A stretch of 64,000 nt of DNA from the human T2T-CHM13v2.0 reference genome, Homo sapiens: assembly GCF_009914755.1 (NCBI RefSeq), contig NC_060932.1; one strand, written 5' to 3'. Of this stretch, positions 42,215 through 56,445 are shown piece by piece. The notes beneath the pieces are model-generated. The model was given only the letters and a program-made list of their open reading frames with translations, was not told the origin of the DNA and searched no databases. The translations under genes and the position numbers were made by a program. How positions within the stretch are numbered: position 1 is the first letter of the stretch; the number at the start of each line of letters is the position of its first letter.

Positions 42215-42522
42215 GATCCAAATATTGCTGTCTCTCCCTACTCTCTAAGCTAAGGTATGATTGCATTCCTATGCCTCTCCCAACATGCTTTGGTCAGTGG
42301 AAAGTTGAATGAAAAGATTAAGAGATAGAAAATGATTTGCCATGGTCTTTTCTTCTTGCTGTGATGACAGAAGAAAGCTTTATCAGTTTGAGTCATAGAG
42401 TGACTACAATGAGCAGATATTGCCCCCACAACTCCTGCTCCCAGTTGCAACTTTGGGCATGTAGAATAAAATTTAGGGGATGTTTGTTTCTGCAGCATAA
42501 CTTAGCTCACCCTGACTAAAAC
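42215..42522 (+). mobile_element. ERVL-MaLR MLT1 LTR (I/J-like)
   Basis: Terminal TTTGTTTCTGCAGCATAACTTAGCTCACCCTGACTAAAACA. Confidence 0.6.
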
Positions 42523-42561
42523 ATGAAGGCATCACCAAGGGCGGTAGAAATAGCACAAGAA

Positions 42562-42888
42562 GACTGGGCACAGTGGCTCACACCTGTAATCCCAGCACTT
42601 TGGGAGGCCAAGGTGGGTGGATCACCTGAGTTTGGGAGTTCGAGACCAGCCTGGCCAACAAGTTGAAACCCCTCTCTACTAAAAATACAAAAATTAGCTG
42701 GCTGTGGTGGCGGGTGCCTATAATCCCAGCTACTTGGGAGGCTGAGCAGCAGAATTGCTTGAACCTGGGAGGCAGAGTTTGCAGTGAGCTGAGATCATAC
42801 CACTGCACTCCAGTCTGGGTGACAAAGCGAGACTCCATCTCAAAAAAAAAAAAATATATATATATATATATAAAATAATAAAAATAAA
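42562..42888 (+). mobile_element. Alu SINE (AluS)
   Basis: Full dimer, tail A/(AT)n/(AAAAT); TSD AAA.AGCACAAGAA. Confidence 0.96.
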
Positions 42889-42899
42889 AAAGAGCACAA

Positions 42900-43330
42900 G
42901 AAAATATCTGGAGGTGAGAAATAGCCTTTTGGATATGGAAAACTCTAAAAGCTTAGTATGGCTATTGTATAAAGTATGACACAGGAAAATGGAGACATAA
43001 CAGGGCAGAATCTGGAGGTTCTGTTATGCTTTACAGAGGAGCTGTGCTGTTCTTATTTTCCTGTGAGCAATGGGGAGACATTAAGAGTTGCATTTTGAAA
43101 AAAAAAAAATCACCCTAGCTGCGATGTGGAGAATGGATCTGGGAGAATAAACTTCAATGCAAGGAAACTCAGGAGGAGCCTGTTTTAACCCTACGGGTGC
43201 AAGGAGAAGGGAACCTGTGTGAGGTCCATAGCATAGGGATGGAGGAGTGGGGGACACGCAGACAGAGAACTCAACAGGATGGAATCTGCAGGACTTGGTG
43301 GCTGACTGTATGTAAGAATGCGGGAGAAGA
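42900..43330 (-). mobile_element. L2 remnant
   Basis: GCAATGGGGAGAC, TGCATTTTGAAAA..ATCACCCTAGCTGCGATGTGGAGAATGGAT, CAGGACTTGGTGGCTGACTG. Confidence 0.65.
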
Positions 43331-44715
43331 AAGAGAGTGGTCTCACTCCAAAGCCTGTGTTCTTTCCACTCACTTAGCTAGTTTTCTTTGGATAAAGACT
43401 TTTGCATTATCACCTAATTTAATCCTCAAAATTGTCTTCTAATTTAGTTTGAGCTAATTTATTTTGACTTTACAGATGAAGAAACTGAGTCTCAGAGAGG
43501 TGACAGAATGGGTTACTTTAAAATCAAATTTCTCAAGTGTCCAAACAGCCAATCTGTTCTTTCTCTAAATTTCTGACCTCAGTCACTTAGATATTTTAGG
43601 GGTGGACGTAGATTTTGAGGGGGCGGTAGCAGCAAGGTGAGAGGACTGGTAGTGAGCAGGGCTGTTGCTTTTCAGCCATAGTTACCTCGCTGACTTATTT
43701 ATGAGTATTCAGGCATATGTTACACACATAAAAAGCAGTGTGTTCAAAGGAAGCCTCATATACCAAAGTCTGGATTTATAAGACTCAAATGAGTGATTGT
43801 TATTCCACTGTTCAAGGCTTTTTTTTTCTCCCTTCTTACTCTATCAAAGTATTCCTCATAGGGTTTCTTAAAAGAGCAATCTCAGTCTCCCAGCATGCTT
43901 TTAAAATGCAATTTATTGCCCACATTTTATTAGCATTCCACTGCTTAGTAATGCAGTCCATGTTTAAAATGGCAGGTATCCACTCATAGAATTGTGCCAG
44001 TCTGAGATGTCATTAGCTTGGTACTTCCAGTTGTCTTCATGGTTGTTTTAAACAAAGACACAGTGAGTAGAGTCAGTTGTATAATTTGAAGTGGCCCAGT
44101 TTCCCCCAGTCAAACTCAGGGTAAAACACTCTGTGGAACTGCATGGACTGAGAGGACCTGGAGAGACGGCAGCTAGCAGACCTGGTTTCTCATGTACTCC
44201 TTGACTTCAAACAACCCTGAGCCTGGGCCAGCACCTCTCTTTCCTGAGACTTACTCTCTTTTTCTGTAAAGTTGGGAGATGGACAAGCCTGTGGCAGGTC
44301 TGGGCTTTGAGTTCTATCCTCCTGGTCAGCCCATTACTCCCTTAGAAGCCCTTGGGAAATCACGCTGTGGGGAACAAGTGGAATTCTTAGGGTTAGACAG
44401 TCTGATACCCTCTAGCTTGGGGAATCACAGAAGATTTGAGTCTCTAACCTACTTCAGCCACTCAGAAACTCTGAGAGCTCAAGTAGGTCCTATAGCTGTG
44501 TCAAACGTCTGTTTTTCTCATCTGTAAAGTGGGGCTTTCATATTGTATTTGGAGGGTTCTGATAAATGAAAAAGCCAGCACATTGTTCAGAAGCTACATG
44601 TGTTTAGTGTGTGTGTAAATGCTGTAAATGCTGACATTTATTCAGCTTTAAATACATGCTGGGACTACTTAAAGCGCTCTACACATTTAATTCTGACAAC
44701 TCTATGAAGAAGGTG

Positions 44716-45112
<397 letters not shown>

Positions 45113-45232
45113 TGATAAATAGGAACACTGGAAGTTTTATCATATTTCATACAGACCTGGTCTAAAAACTGAGCTGAAAATTTAATTCCACCATAACTAT
45201 TTATGCAGTTAGTCTGATGCAGTGATCTGTTA

Positions 45233-45773
45233 AAGTGGTGGACAGATTCTAATGTGGCTTTCCATAATAACTGCCTCCTGGTGTTCAGTGCCTAGTGAAC
45301 TAGGCACTCCTGGTGTTCAGTATAGGCAGGACCTATGACTTGCTTTTAACCAAGAGAATACGGCAAAGAATGCACACCGTATATGACCGTCAAGCTTATC
45401 TTGTTGGAGTCTTTCTCTCTCTTGCAGGCTTGGTGAAGCAAGCGGTTATATCGGAGGTCCACATGGCAAGGAGCTGAAGACAACTTTTGGGAGCCGAGTG
45501 TGGCCCCCAGTTGATAGCTGCCACAAGGGATGGAGACTCACAGTCATATAGCTGCAGGGAACTGAATGCTGCTGACATCCAAGCGAGCCTTGAAGTGGCT
45601 CTTCCCGGGTTGAGTTTCCAGATGGAAGCTCAGCCCTGAACAATACTTTGATTGCAGCCTTGCAGCTGGGCTTGACCTCCTGACCCTGAAAAACTGTGAG
45701 ATGGTAAGTGTGTGTTGTTTTAAGCTACTAAGTTTGCAGTAAAGTTGTTACACAGCAATAGATAACTAATACA
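45233..45773 (+). mobile_element. ERVL-MaLR MLT1 LTR (E/F-like)
   Basis: GTGGTGGACAGATTCTAA start, ACCTATGACTTGCTTTTAACCAAGAGAATA, CACATGGCAAGGAGCTGA, terminal CAGCAATAGATAACTAATACA. Confidence 0.88.
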
Positions 45774-45842
45774 GTTATGGTTTTTATTTATTTTATTCTT
45801 GTTATCATCATCCTAATAGTTATTATTTAAAATATCCTTCTA

Positions 45843-46138
45843 GGCTAGGCATAGTGGCTCACACCTGTAATCCCAGCTCTTTGGCAAGCTGAAGTGAGGA
45901 TTGTTTGAACCCAGGAGTTTGAGAGAAGCCTGAGCAACATAGCAAGACCTCACCTGTACAAAAAATAAAATGCAGCCAGGTGTGGTAGTGTACGCCTGTA
46001 GTCCTAGCTACTCCACAGCCTGAGTCAGGAAGATCATTTAAGCCCAGTAGTTCAAGGCTGCAGTAATCTCTGATTGTGCCACTGCACTCCAGCCTGGGTG
46101 ACAGAGCAAGACCTCGTTTCTAGAAAAATATAAATAAA
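45843..46138 (+). mobile_element. Alu SINE (AluJ-like)
   Basis: AGCAACATAGCAAGACC and AGTTCAAGGCTGCAGT; TSD AAAATA.CCTTCTA. Confidence 0.95.
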
Positions 46139-46419
46139 TAAAATAACCTTCTATTAGGCTAAGTGACCTTATGGGAAACAATTAGAGATGCAAAGCATTA
46201 AGTGAACACTAGAGACAACAGAATCCCAGATGACAGACGAAACAGCACTTGATCTCCTAAACTCAGTTCCAGCATCCTCAGTGCCTTCAGCTCTCCCTCA
46301 CCAAGGAGTGGCTTCCAGTTCCCTCATGCAGCCCCTTTGCCAAACATTGCACAGCCTGCCGATGTCCCACTGGAAATGCTTCAGCCAGAGCAGAATGCAT
46401 GTTCCACAGAGTAGGATGC

Positions 46420-46917
46420 TTTCTTCCTGCCACAGACTCTCCCCTCTTTGGTAAAATGCATCGCCAATTTCTCTGAGGAAACTTACCACTCTCAGTTCAT
46501 ATAGTTTAGGTGAGGTGTGGGATGAGTCGGCATGGGCTCTGGTCATGTTGCATGTCCTATTTTCTATAGCCCCAGGCAGGCCAGTGGGATTTTTCCCTAG
46601 GACCCCTGCTGGACCTGCTTGGAAAGGGGCACTTATTCTTTTTGCAAGGACTGCTATCTTCCATGAGGTCCCTGCCAGTGTAGGAGTTGCCAGGAGTCAT
46701 GATGTGCAGAAAGTGAGCCAGCATCGGGGTGATGCCAGTGGAGGGAAGCAGAGTTTAGGGAAAGAACAAGAGTCATCATATTCCAGTGACCAATCCATGT
46801 GGCCTGAGTGAGTCCAAGCCTAGACTTTTCACCTATATCGATACATTTCCTTTTGTGCTTAAGCCAGTTTGAGAATGTCATCCATTCCTAGCCATAGAAA
46901 GAGGGCACTGGCACACA
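46420..46917 (+). mobile_element. ERVL-MaLR MLT1 LTR (K/L-like)
   Basis: Terminal ACATTTCCTTTTGTGCTTAAGCCAGTTTGAG...CACACA; highly diverged. Confidence 0.5.
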
Positions 46918-46975
46918 TGTGCTGAAGGTTAGCCATCATCTTAGATAACAATTATTCCATAGAGACATCACAACA

Positions 46976-47308
46976 TTTTTTCTTTTTCTTTCTTTCTTTC
47001 TTTTTTTTTTTTTTTTTTTTTTTTTGAGTTGGAGTCTCGCACTGTTTGTCACTTGGGCTGTAGTGCAGTGGTGCGATCTCGGCTCACTGCAACCTCCACC
47101 TCCCAGGTTCAAGCGATTCTCCTCAGCCTCCCGAGTAGCTAAGATTACAGGCGCCCACCACCATGCCCTGCCAATTTTTTTTATATTTTTGGTAAAGACA
47201 GAGTTTCACTGTGTTGGCCAGGCTGGTCTCGAACTCCTGACCTTGTGATGTGCCCATCTTGGCCTCCCAAAGTGTTGGGATTACAGGTGTGAGCCACTGT
47301 GCCTGGCC
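46976..47308 (-). mobile_element. Alu SINE (AluS, Sg-like)
   Basis: Long T/(CTTT) tail, reverse Alu ending GTGCCTGGCC; degenerate TSD CA..CACAAC.TTT. Confidence 0.96.
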
Positions 47309-48144
47309 ATCCACAACTTTTAACTTAGACATTGACACAGGATGGCACAGCTATTTCTGTCAGACATGTAATGCTGCCAACCCACAAAACTAATGGTAAT
47401 AATACCTACCATGTGTTGAAGGCCAGCATCGTGCCAGGTAAAGATCATCCTCTTTTGTAAGTTATCTCATTGAAACCTCCAGAACCATGCGAGAAATGAT
47501 GAGAACGACAGGCAGCCATTGTTGGCACCTGCTGTGCATCAGGCTCCTTGTTCAGCCCTTTACACACAGGATCTCATTAACTTCCCACCAACTGTCTTAC
47601 AAAGGGGGTGACAACTTCATCTTCACTATAAGATGAGGTAGATTGCACACTTTGTTTCTGCTAAAGCACTTCCAATTTTCTCATAAACACCGAGACCAAG
47701 TATCTCTGTGGCCACACAAGGTCCTCATGTAAAAGCTGGAAGGAATGACCATCCCTATCTGTCTCCAGGGCATCTGGGCTGAGGGCAGCCCTGGAGGGAA
47801 GCACTGAGGCAGAGAGGGCTGCATCCGCACATCTGGTATCCTGAGATATTTGTTGATGGAAGAGCTGAAATGTTGGGCAGCACACACTTCTTGACCCAGC
47901 AGCCCTTCTAGGACAGCTGGTTCAGAAGTTGGGGGATTAGTGTTAGGAATGGCAATACAGGGATCTCTGCCTTGGACAGCATGAAGTGGCTGATGCTGTC
48001 TGTAAATACACCTGTGTTCATTCTTTACTTCCAGGATGCCCCAGGTGCTGTGTAGGGGCCTGGAGTTAGGAAATGAGGACTTAATCTCTGTGGCCTTTCC
48101 AGGGCTCATTTTGGATATTGGGGGCTGTATATACTCATCTCTGA

Positions 48145-48539
<395 letters not shown>

Positions 48540-48739
48540 TCTGAATTTCTTTCTGGCTCTGGAATGCAAAGAGAATGGATCTTTATAGGGCAGTGCAGGT
48601 GGATGAGGCTGAAGGGGTCTCGAGGATCAGATTATGAAGAATTTTGGATGCCAGGCTTAGGACTATCAGGAGGAACCTCATTCCAGGAGCTTCTCACATC
48701 TTATCTTACTGTGTCCTCATAGCAACCTCAAAGGGTAGA

Positions 48740-49315
48740 TGTATTAGTCAGCTTTCACACAGCAACAAATAATCCCCAAATGTCAGTGATTTATAACAGT
48801 GGATTCCAAGCCTGAGCCTGCATCAGAATTACCTAGAGGCCTTTTTAAAATACAGATTGCTGGGCCCAACCCCCAGAGTTTCTGATTAAGCAGGTTTGGA
48901 TGAGGACTGAGAATGTGCATTTCTCCAAATTTCTAAGTGACGTTGATACTGAGGGACCATGCCTTGAAAACCACTGGTTTATAACAATAGACATTTCTTT
49001 CTCACTTACAGCCCTACGGGTGGGCCATGGTGCTCTGCTCTGGGCTGTGGATGGAGTCCAGGACTGCTCCACCTGTTTCTCACTCCAGAACTCAGGCTGA
49101 ATGAGCAGTGGCTACTCAGGCATGATCTAATCACGCATGGCAGGAGCATAAGAGGCCAAGCTAAACCAGTCATGCACATTTAATGCCTCTCTTTTGATTG
49201 GTGTATGTCTCATCTCATTGGCCAATGCAAGTCACAAGTCTAAGGCCAGCATCTATGGGAGTGGGGAAATATAGTTCTATTGAGTCAGTGGGAAGGAAGA
49301 GTAAATATGCAATTT
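48740..49315 (-). mobile_element. ERVL-MaLR MLT1 LTR (old), split by MER5A and itself inside a MIR
   Basis: TGTATTAGTCAG..CAACAAATAATCCCCAAAT.TCAGTG, and CATCTCATTGGCCAATGCAAGTCAC. Confidence 0.7.
48797..48976 (+). mobile_element. hAT-Charlie MITE MER5A
   Basis: TIRs CAGTGG...AACCACTG, GCATCAGAATTACC, ATACAGATTGCTGGGCCC; 8-bp TSD (A/G)TTTATAA. Confidence 0.9.
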
Positions 49316-50559
49316 ATAAGGTAGATGCTCTTTTTCCATTAGGCATATGAGAAAATTGAATCTCAGAGAGGCTAACTGACTTGTCCAGCATCACGTGAAT
49401 GGCAGAACTGACATTTGAAACTGGAGCCTGTTTGAATGGCAAGGTGAGACTGAGGTGGGGGGTGAGTGGGCTGCTGGTTGCTGATGGCGGGCTTCCTTCT
49501 GGATCCTTAGGAGGCCATGTTGAGAAAAGAGCAAGTAAGTGCAGGATCCAGACACACCTGAAATGAAATCTTGATTCTATCAGCTGCATGAGCTGGGCAG
49601 TCACTCACCTCTTTGAGCTTTGATTTTCCATTTGGGGTGAACAAGGGTAATAATTCAAAGTTCACAGCATTGTAATAAGAATTAGGTATAGTGCAGGCAA
49701 AGTAATTCAGAAGGTTCCCTCAAGAGAAAACACTTGACATTTTAAAAGAATGAAGCAGATAGTGAAACTAACCAACAATAGAAGAGATATTATTTTGTGT
49801 TGAGGGTTCAGAGGTACTGTGTAATCCTCTCCCCACTGGTCCTATAGGAATCCATCTGCTCAGAAGACCGGCCAGTTGGTCTTTCACAGAAAGAGCCTCA
49901 CTCCATTCTTCCCTGTAGATTGGACTGGGTGAAGAAGTTGTCTTTTCTGAGCCTTGGGTCCCAGACAAATCTCTGAAGAACCGGGACCCCAGAATGCCTG
50001 GCTTTGCATTTTCTCAGGCATTGTGCCATCTGTATTTCCCCAGGATTGGGTAGATGGCCTGATACTTAGTATATGCTCAGCAAACACTATGTGAATTGCA
50101 TTCTTACTCATCCTTACAACCTCCGTTCTCTCCCTGAAAATGGAATCCTGGGCATCTTTCAGCTATATTCCATGAGCCTTTAGTGCATTTATTTTTTCCT
50201 TGGCATGCTTTGTACTGAAAGCTATTTTCTTTCCTGTCATCCCCTATCAACTTAGTGAGACCAGAAGTCTGGGCCATTGTGATTATGGATGTACCAGGGC
50301 CTGGGCAGGATGACAGCTTTGTATTCTTATTGTCATGCTCTTTCCATTGTACCAAGCCTGGAGAAGATGCCACAGTGTGTTCATTCATTCATTCCTTCAT
50401 TCCTTCATCATCTCTTCATGCTGGCAACACACATATGCTATTACGGTTATTGCCCATTTGGCATCCTTCCCTAGCCTGATTGTGAACTCCAATTAAGAGA
50501 TGGCTTATAAGCAGCCATGTGGACTCAATTGCAGTATCACTGAACTCCTGCCACATGCC

Positions 50560-51843
<1,284 letters not shown>

Positions 51844-51899
51844 CTCTTTCCTTTCTTACTTTCACTGGTATGGATGCATATGAGCAGAATAACATAAAT

Positions 51900-52990
51900 A
51901 TATTCTCATTTGACAGACTATCTGTGTACCAGTGATTGTGCTGGACCCTGGGGACATGATGATGGCTAAATAGAGATGTCCACTACCCTCTGGGGCCTTG
52001 GTCTGATAAGGAATAGAGATGATATGCAGGATACACATACAATCACAGCTGTGTCTGGTGCTTAGGAGGAGAGATGTCAGAGGGTCATTTACCAGGGGCT
52101 TTGACTCAGTCAGGTGGGTCTCTCTAAGGCAAGGTACTCAGCCGGGGTGATTTTGCTCTCCCAGAGGATACTTGGCAGTGTGTGGAGTTATTTTTGGTTG
52201 TCATATTTGGAGAGAGGTGATGCCACTGGCATCTAGGGAGCAGAGACTAGGGATTCTGCTAAATATCCTACAATACACAGCATAGCCTCCTATGACAAAC
52301 AATTATCTGTCTCAAAACGTGGATAGTGCTAAGGTCGAGCAACTCTGTTTTAAAGCAACAGAGGCTGAGATGAGAATTGAAAGGTAAGACATTAACAAGG
52401 CAAGGGGACTTAGAGTGTTTCAGTCAGAGGAAACCCAAAGGGCAAAGGCTCAGCCAAAGACAATAAAGAGTGGCCAGGTGTTAGATGGTGCAGGTGAGGT
52501 TGGAAGTCAGTGAACATACAGGACTCCTAAATGTAGTTAAGTATTTTGGTCATCAATCTAAGATCTCTTTGAATATACTAAGAAAGAGGTGATAGCAGTG
52601 ACAGGATATTATTTGCATTTCAAAAAGTCCTCTGTGGCTGCATCATGGAAAGTCGATTAAAGTGAAGTACAGTAATATGGATAGACCAGCCATGAGGCTA
52701 TACCATGATTCTAGGTGAGACAGGAGTGTTGCTTGGACCATAGTAATCTTGGTAGAGTTGGAAATAGGTAAAAACTGTTGAAAGCCAACTAAGAGTTAAG
52801 ATATGTGGGGCATAGCAGTGGATTGGATATACGGAGTTGGTGTAAGAGAAAGAGATATTACCCATGGCTCGGTGGTTCCAATGCAAGATGGGTGGACAAA
52901 AGTGTCATCAGCCAAAATAGGAAACACTAAGTTTGCACAAAAAGCTCATTAGTTAAGTTTTGGCCATTTGAGTTTGAGGTGTTGTGTTGA
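51900..52990 (-). mobile_element. L2 remnant (interrupted by MER20)
   Basis: ATCTGTGTACCAG..TGTGCTGGACCCTGGGGAC, TTTGCATTTCAAAAAGTCCTCTGTGGCTGC, AGTTTTGGCCATTTGAGTTTGAGGTG. Confidence 0.7.
52130..52347 (+). mobile_element. hAT-Charlie MITE MER20
   Basis: GGGGTGATTTTGC..TTTTTGGTTGTCA..CCACTGGCATCTAG..CTGCTAAATATCCTACAAT..ATAGTGCTAAGGTCGAG.AACTCTG. Confidence 0.9.
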
Positions 52991-52999
52991 TTTTCAAGG

Positions 53000-53574
53000 T
53001 GTATCCAAAATGCATTGATATTTCTCCCATTAAGAGGTAGAGGATAGTATCCCTCCCCTTCATTGTGGATGGACTTAGTTTCTAGTGACTTGAATATGGG
53101 AGGAGTGACAGGATGTTAAGTATGAAACAAGGTCGTAAAATGACTGTGGCTAGGTCGCATGGCTATATGACTAGGCTATGGCTATGGGATTAGGTTATAA
53201 AATGATTGCACCCTGGGTGCAATCTTGCCTTCTCTCTTGAGTCACTCAGTCAGCTGCTATATCATGAGATAGCCCAAGAGACAGGGAAGCCAGACAGCAA
53301 GGTGTGAGGATATTTAAGCAGCTCATAAAGAGGCCCATGTGATGAGGAACTGAGGCCTGTTCATGGCCTGGAAACAGGTCATCCCCAGTCAAGCCTTGAG
53401 CTGACAGTTGACTGTAGCCCCAGGTGACTTATTGAGGACAGCCTTAAGAGATACCAGAACCACTCAGCTCAGCCACAGTTGGATTCCTGACCCACAGAAA
53501 CGATGAGATAGTAAGTGTTGCCTTACATATCTAAGTATTAGATAATTTGTTATACAGCAATTGAAAACAAACAC
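53000..53574 (+). mobile_element. ERVL-MaLR MLT1 LTR (F-like)
   Basis: CTCCCATTAAGAGGTAGAG, AGAGGCCCATGTGATGAGGAACTGAGGCC, GATTCCTGACCCACAGAAAC, terminal TATACAGCAATTGAAAACAAACACA. Confidence 0.8.
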
Positions 53575-53609
53575 AGAGGCCTTTGAAACACTATAATGGC
53601 TAAGGCTAT

Positions 53610-54215
53610 AAAGCATATCTCAGTGTCATCTAGAGTTTTGACAAAATTCCTCTTGATATTTTTGCAGATATGATTATAAAATATGGGATGAATAAGAGTA
53701 CACACTTAGCAATGGCATTGTAGAACAATTTATCTCAAAATGCAGGCAAATTCATGCCAAAGAGAAAGGTGGCTTGGTCCTTAGTCCTATCCTATTCAGC
53801 AATGATCTATGATGTTTCCTGGATAATTATGCAGAAGGCAGACTGGGAACATATGAAGATGTTACTACTGAAAGCTGAAGGTGAGGGCTGATTTGCTACA
53901 TAATCCTCAAAAGAGGCTAGAAAAATGAAATGAAAACTTTCAATGGTACAAGACAATTTCATTGACATTGTCTTACTTAATCTTAAAAAAATTACATTCT
54001 ATTATTAAGATGAAGAAACCAAAATCAAGCCATTTGTTTAAAGTCATATAGACAATGAGTGAGGACCACAACTCCAATCCATGCCCTTCGGCTCCTGGCC
54101 CACCCTTCTTTTCACCACACCAGGGCTCCCTGATGGCAGAATCAGGGCCATGAAGGATTTTAAGAGCCTGGAAGGAAAATGGACCAAAAAGTTTATGTTT
54201 ATCTCCTCAAAGTGC
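53610..54215 (+). mobile_element. L3/CR1 RT-region remnant (MIR inserted at about 53950-54120)
   Basis: TTTTGACAAAATTCCTCTTGATATTTTTGCAGAT..AAATATGGG (FDK-like motif) and GGTCCTTAGTCCTATCCTATTCAGCA (VLGPxLF-like motif). Confidence 0.55.
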
Positions 54216-54229
54216 TTGACTCTGTAGGA

Positions 54230-54436
54230 CTGGGCTGTCTAATATACTAGCCACTCAGCATATGTGGCCATTTAAATTTAAATTAATTACGATTATAAAA
54301 TTGAAAATTCAGTCCCTCATTTGCACCAGCTGAATTTCAAGGGTTTGATAGCCACGTGCGGCTGCTGCCTTATGCACTGGAGCACGCAGATACAGAACAT
54401 TCCCATCATCATAGAAGATTCCATGGGAGAGCATTG
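54230..54436 (-). mobile_element. hAT-Charlie MITE MER3
   Basis: GCTGTCTAATA..TAGCCACT..ATATGTGGCCATTTAAATTTAAATTAATT..AAAATTCAGT..AGAACATTCCCATCATC. Confidence 0.85.
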
Positions 54437-55714
54437 CTGGACTGAAATACTGCTCTTTGTTGAGTGGAGGCAAGTTCACTGGTTTTTGGTTTTTTTTTGC
54501 TACTGAAGGACAACTGTGGAGTGACAGGAATGGGGAAGCTGATGAACACAAAACATCAGCTAAAATGGGAAGGAGTGAGTGTGTGATGGAGGGGTGAGCC
54601 AGAGGGGCTGCCAGGAATGACAGGCATCAAGCAGGGTTGAGTGTGATAAAATGGGAGTGCATTGCTATACGTGCCCCATACCCTGTCCTCATGACATCAC
54701 AGAGGGACTTCACCTAAAGGAACGTTTCCAGCCCCTCTCTGCCCTGCCCCTCTTTTCCCCAGTCCCCTTTCCTTCCTGGCTGTCAAAGAGAGATGGTAGA
54801 AAAATACATTTGATTGGGAGAGAGGCTAAAAGCTGACATCTGTTTATACTTTAGTCCAGGCTGTTGATCTGGGTGACATTTATTGTACTGGGCCCCTCTC
54901 TCTTCCTCTTTCTTTCTCTCTCTCTTTCCCTCTGTCTTCTTATTGCCTCTTAACACACATAAAGTAGGGATTCTCTCTCCCCACTGCAAGTGAGTATAAA
55001 TATCTGCTTTGCAGGCTTTCCTAAGTCCTTGGGAAGACAGAAGATCTTAGATCACCTGATTATGCCTACAGATCCCAGCTATGTCTTCTGGTTTTGTTTT
55101 AGCAGAGTTATTGTTGATCTAATCTCCACCTTTCTGGCCACTGTGCATATTTCTTAATTGGTCCTAAACTTGGAGGAGGGGTACAGGAGTCATGAGTTGT
55201 CACTCTTGAATCTCAACAGTGATTAAAGTGGAATTTGAGAACATTGGTCTCCCTTGCCTATTGGATCCACTTTAATGCTATTTAAGAGATGAAAGAACAA
55301 AATCATAATACCAAATTACTATCAGTTTTTTGACTGTTTTTTTGAATGTCATTGCCTCAATCCAGAGTCACATAGGATATCAGGATATACTGGGTTACCC
55401 TTTGAATATGATAGTGCTTTCTAGTACAGAGAAGTGGGCTGAAGTGGATTGGTCCCTGCGGCTCTTGGAAGATGTCTCTCCAAGGCTTTTGTTTCTTCAG
55501 GATTAGAGGAGAATGTTTAGCAAGGAATTAAGGAGGCTTTAAGGGGAGGCTTTATGAAAACTGGTCCAGAATCCCAGATAGAAAACAAAACAAAACATTT
55601 TTCTTGGAAAATACTTTGGAACTGAGGATATAGCACTGTTCAGACTGCATTATCCAAAATGTTCTGTGTTCTTCACGGAGTAGGACACTGAGGCTGAGAG
55701 AGGTGACAGTGACA

Positions 55715-55960
55715 CTAATAATTAAAGCCACAACTAAACTTGATTGTGCGTTTACTCCACAGTAAGTGCCTCTCTAAGAACTTTCCTTCCATGACCTTAT
55801 AGAATCCTTACAACAATGCTTTGAAGTAGGGATTTGTATTGTTCCCACTTTAGAGATGAGGAAATTGAAGCATATGGAGAGGTTCAGTAACTTAAAGTTT
55901 TTCAGCCGGTAAGTTAGGAAGCTGAGATGTGAACTTAGGTGTCTTTAATTCCAAAGCCAG
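55715..55960 (-). mobile_element. MIR SINE
   Basis: AATCCTTACAACAA..CCCACTTTAGAGATGAGGAAATTGAAGCA. Confidence 0.8.
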
Positions 55961-56254
55961 CTCGGAGACACTGTTGGTTATGCCATAGGTAACTAAGCTG
56001 ATACCAGTCATCAGTACAACCACTCAACAAATAGGGCCATTAGCATTTATTGAGAGCCACTCACCTCAGGTGAATCAGCAGTGGTTAGTGTTCCCAGGAA
56101 TTTTTCTGTCTAGTGGCAAAGACAGACAACGTAAAAGCATAATCAAAACACCTCCTCATTTTGTAGGTCAGGTACCTGCAGCCAAGAAGGAGGAGCCAAG
56201 CTGCCCAAGACCCACAGTTGGTGGGTCCCTAAAGGGCCAAGCTACATCTGAGGA

Positions 56255-56445
56255 TGGGACAAGACTGAGTCAAGAGAGGAGTTTAGGGGGCTGAAGAAAA
56301 GGAGGCTCCCCCCGCTGCAGGTGCTGCCCATGCACTTGTGCAACTCTGAGAACAATGCCTCCTTAACTTTTTACCTTTGGCGATGAGACACTGGGATTTA
56401 AATTGTGGCCGCAGCACTTAAGCCTCACCCCAGTCCTGGCCCTGA
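56255..56445. mobile_element. hAT MITE, MER96-like (near-palindromic)
   Basis: AAGGAGGC...TGCACTTGTGCAA..CTGAGA..TGCCTCCTTAA...GCCTCACCCCAGTCCTGGCCCTG. Confidence 0.6.
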
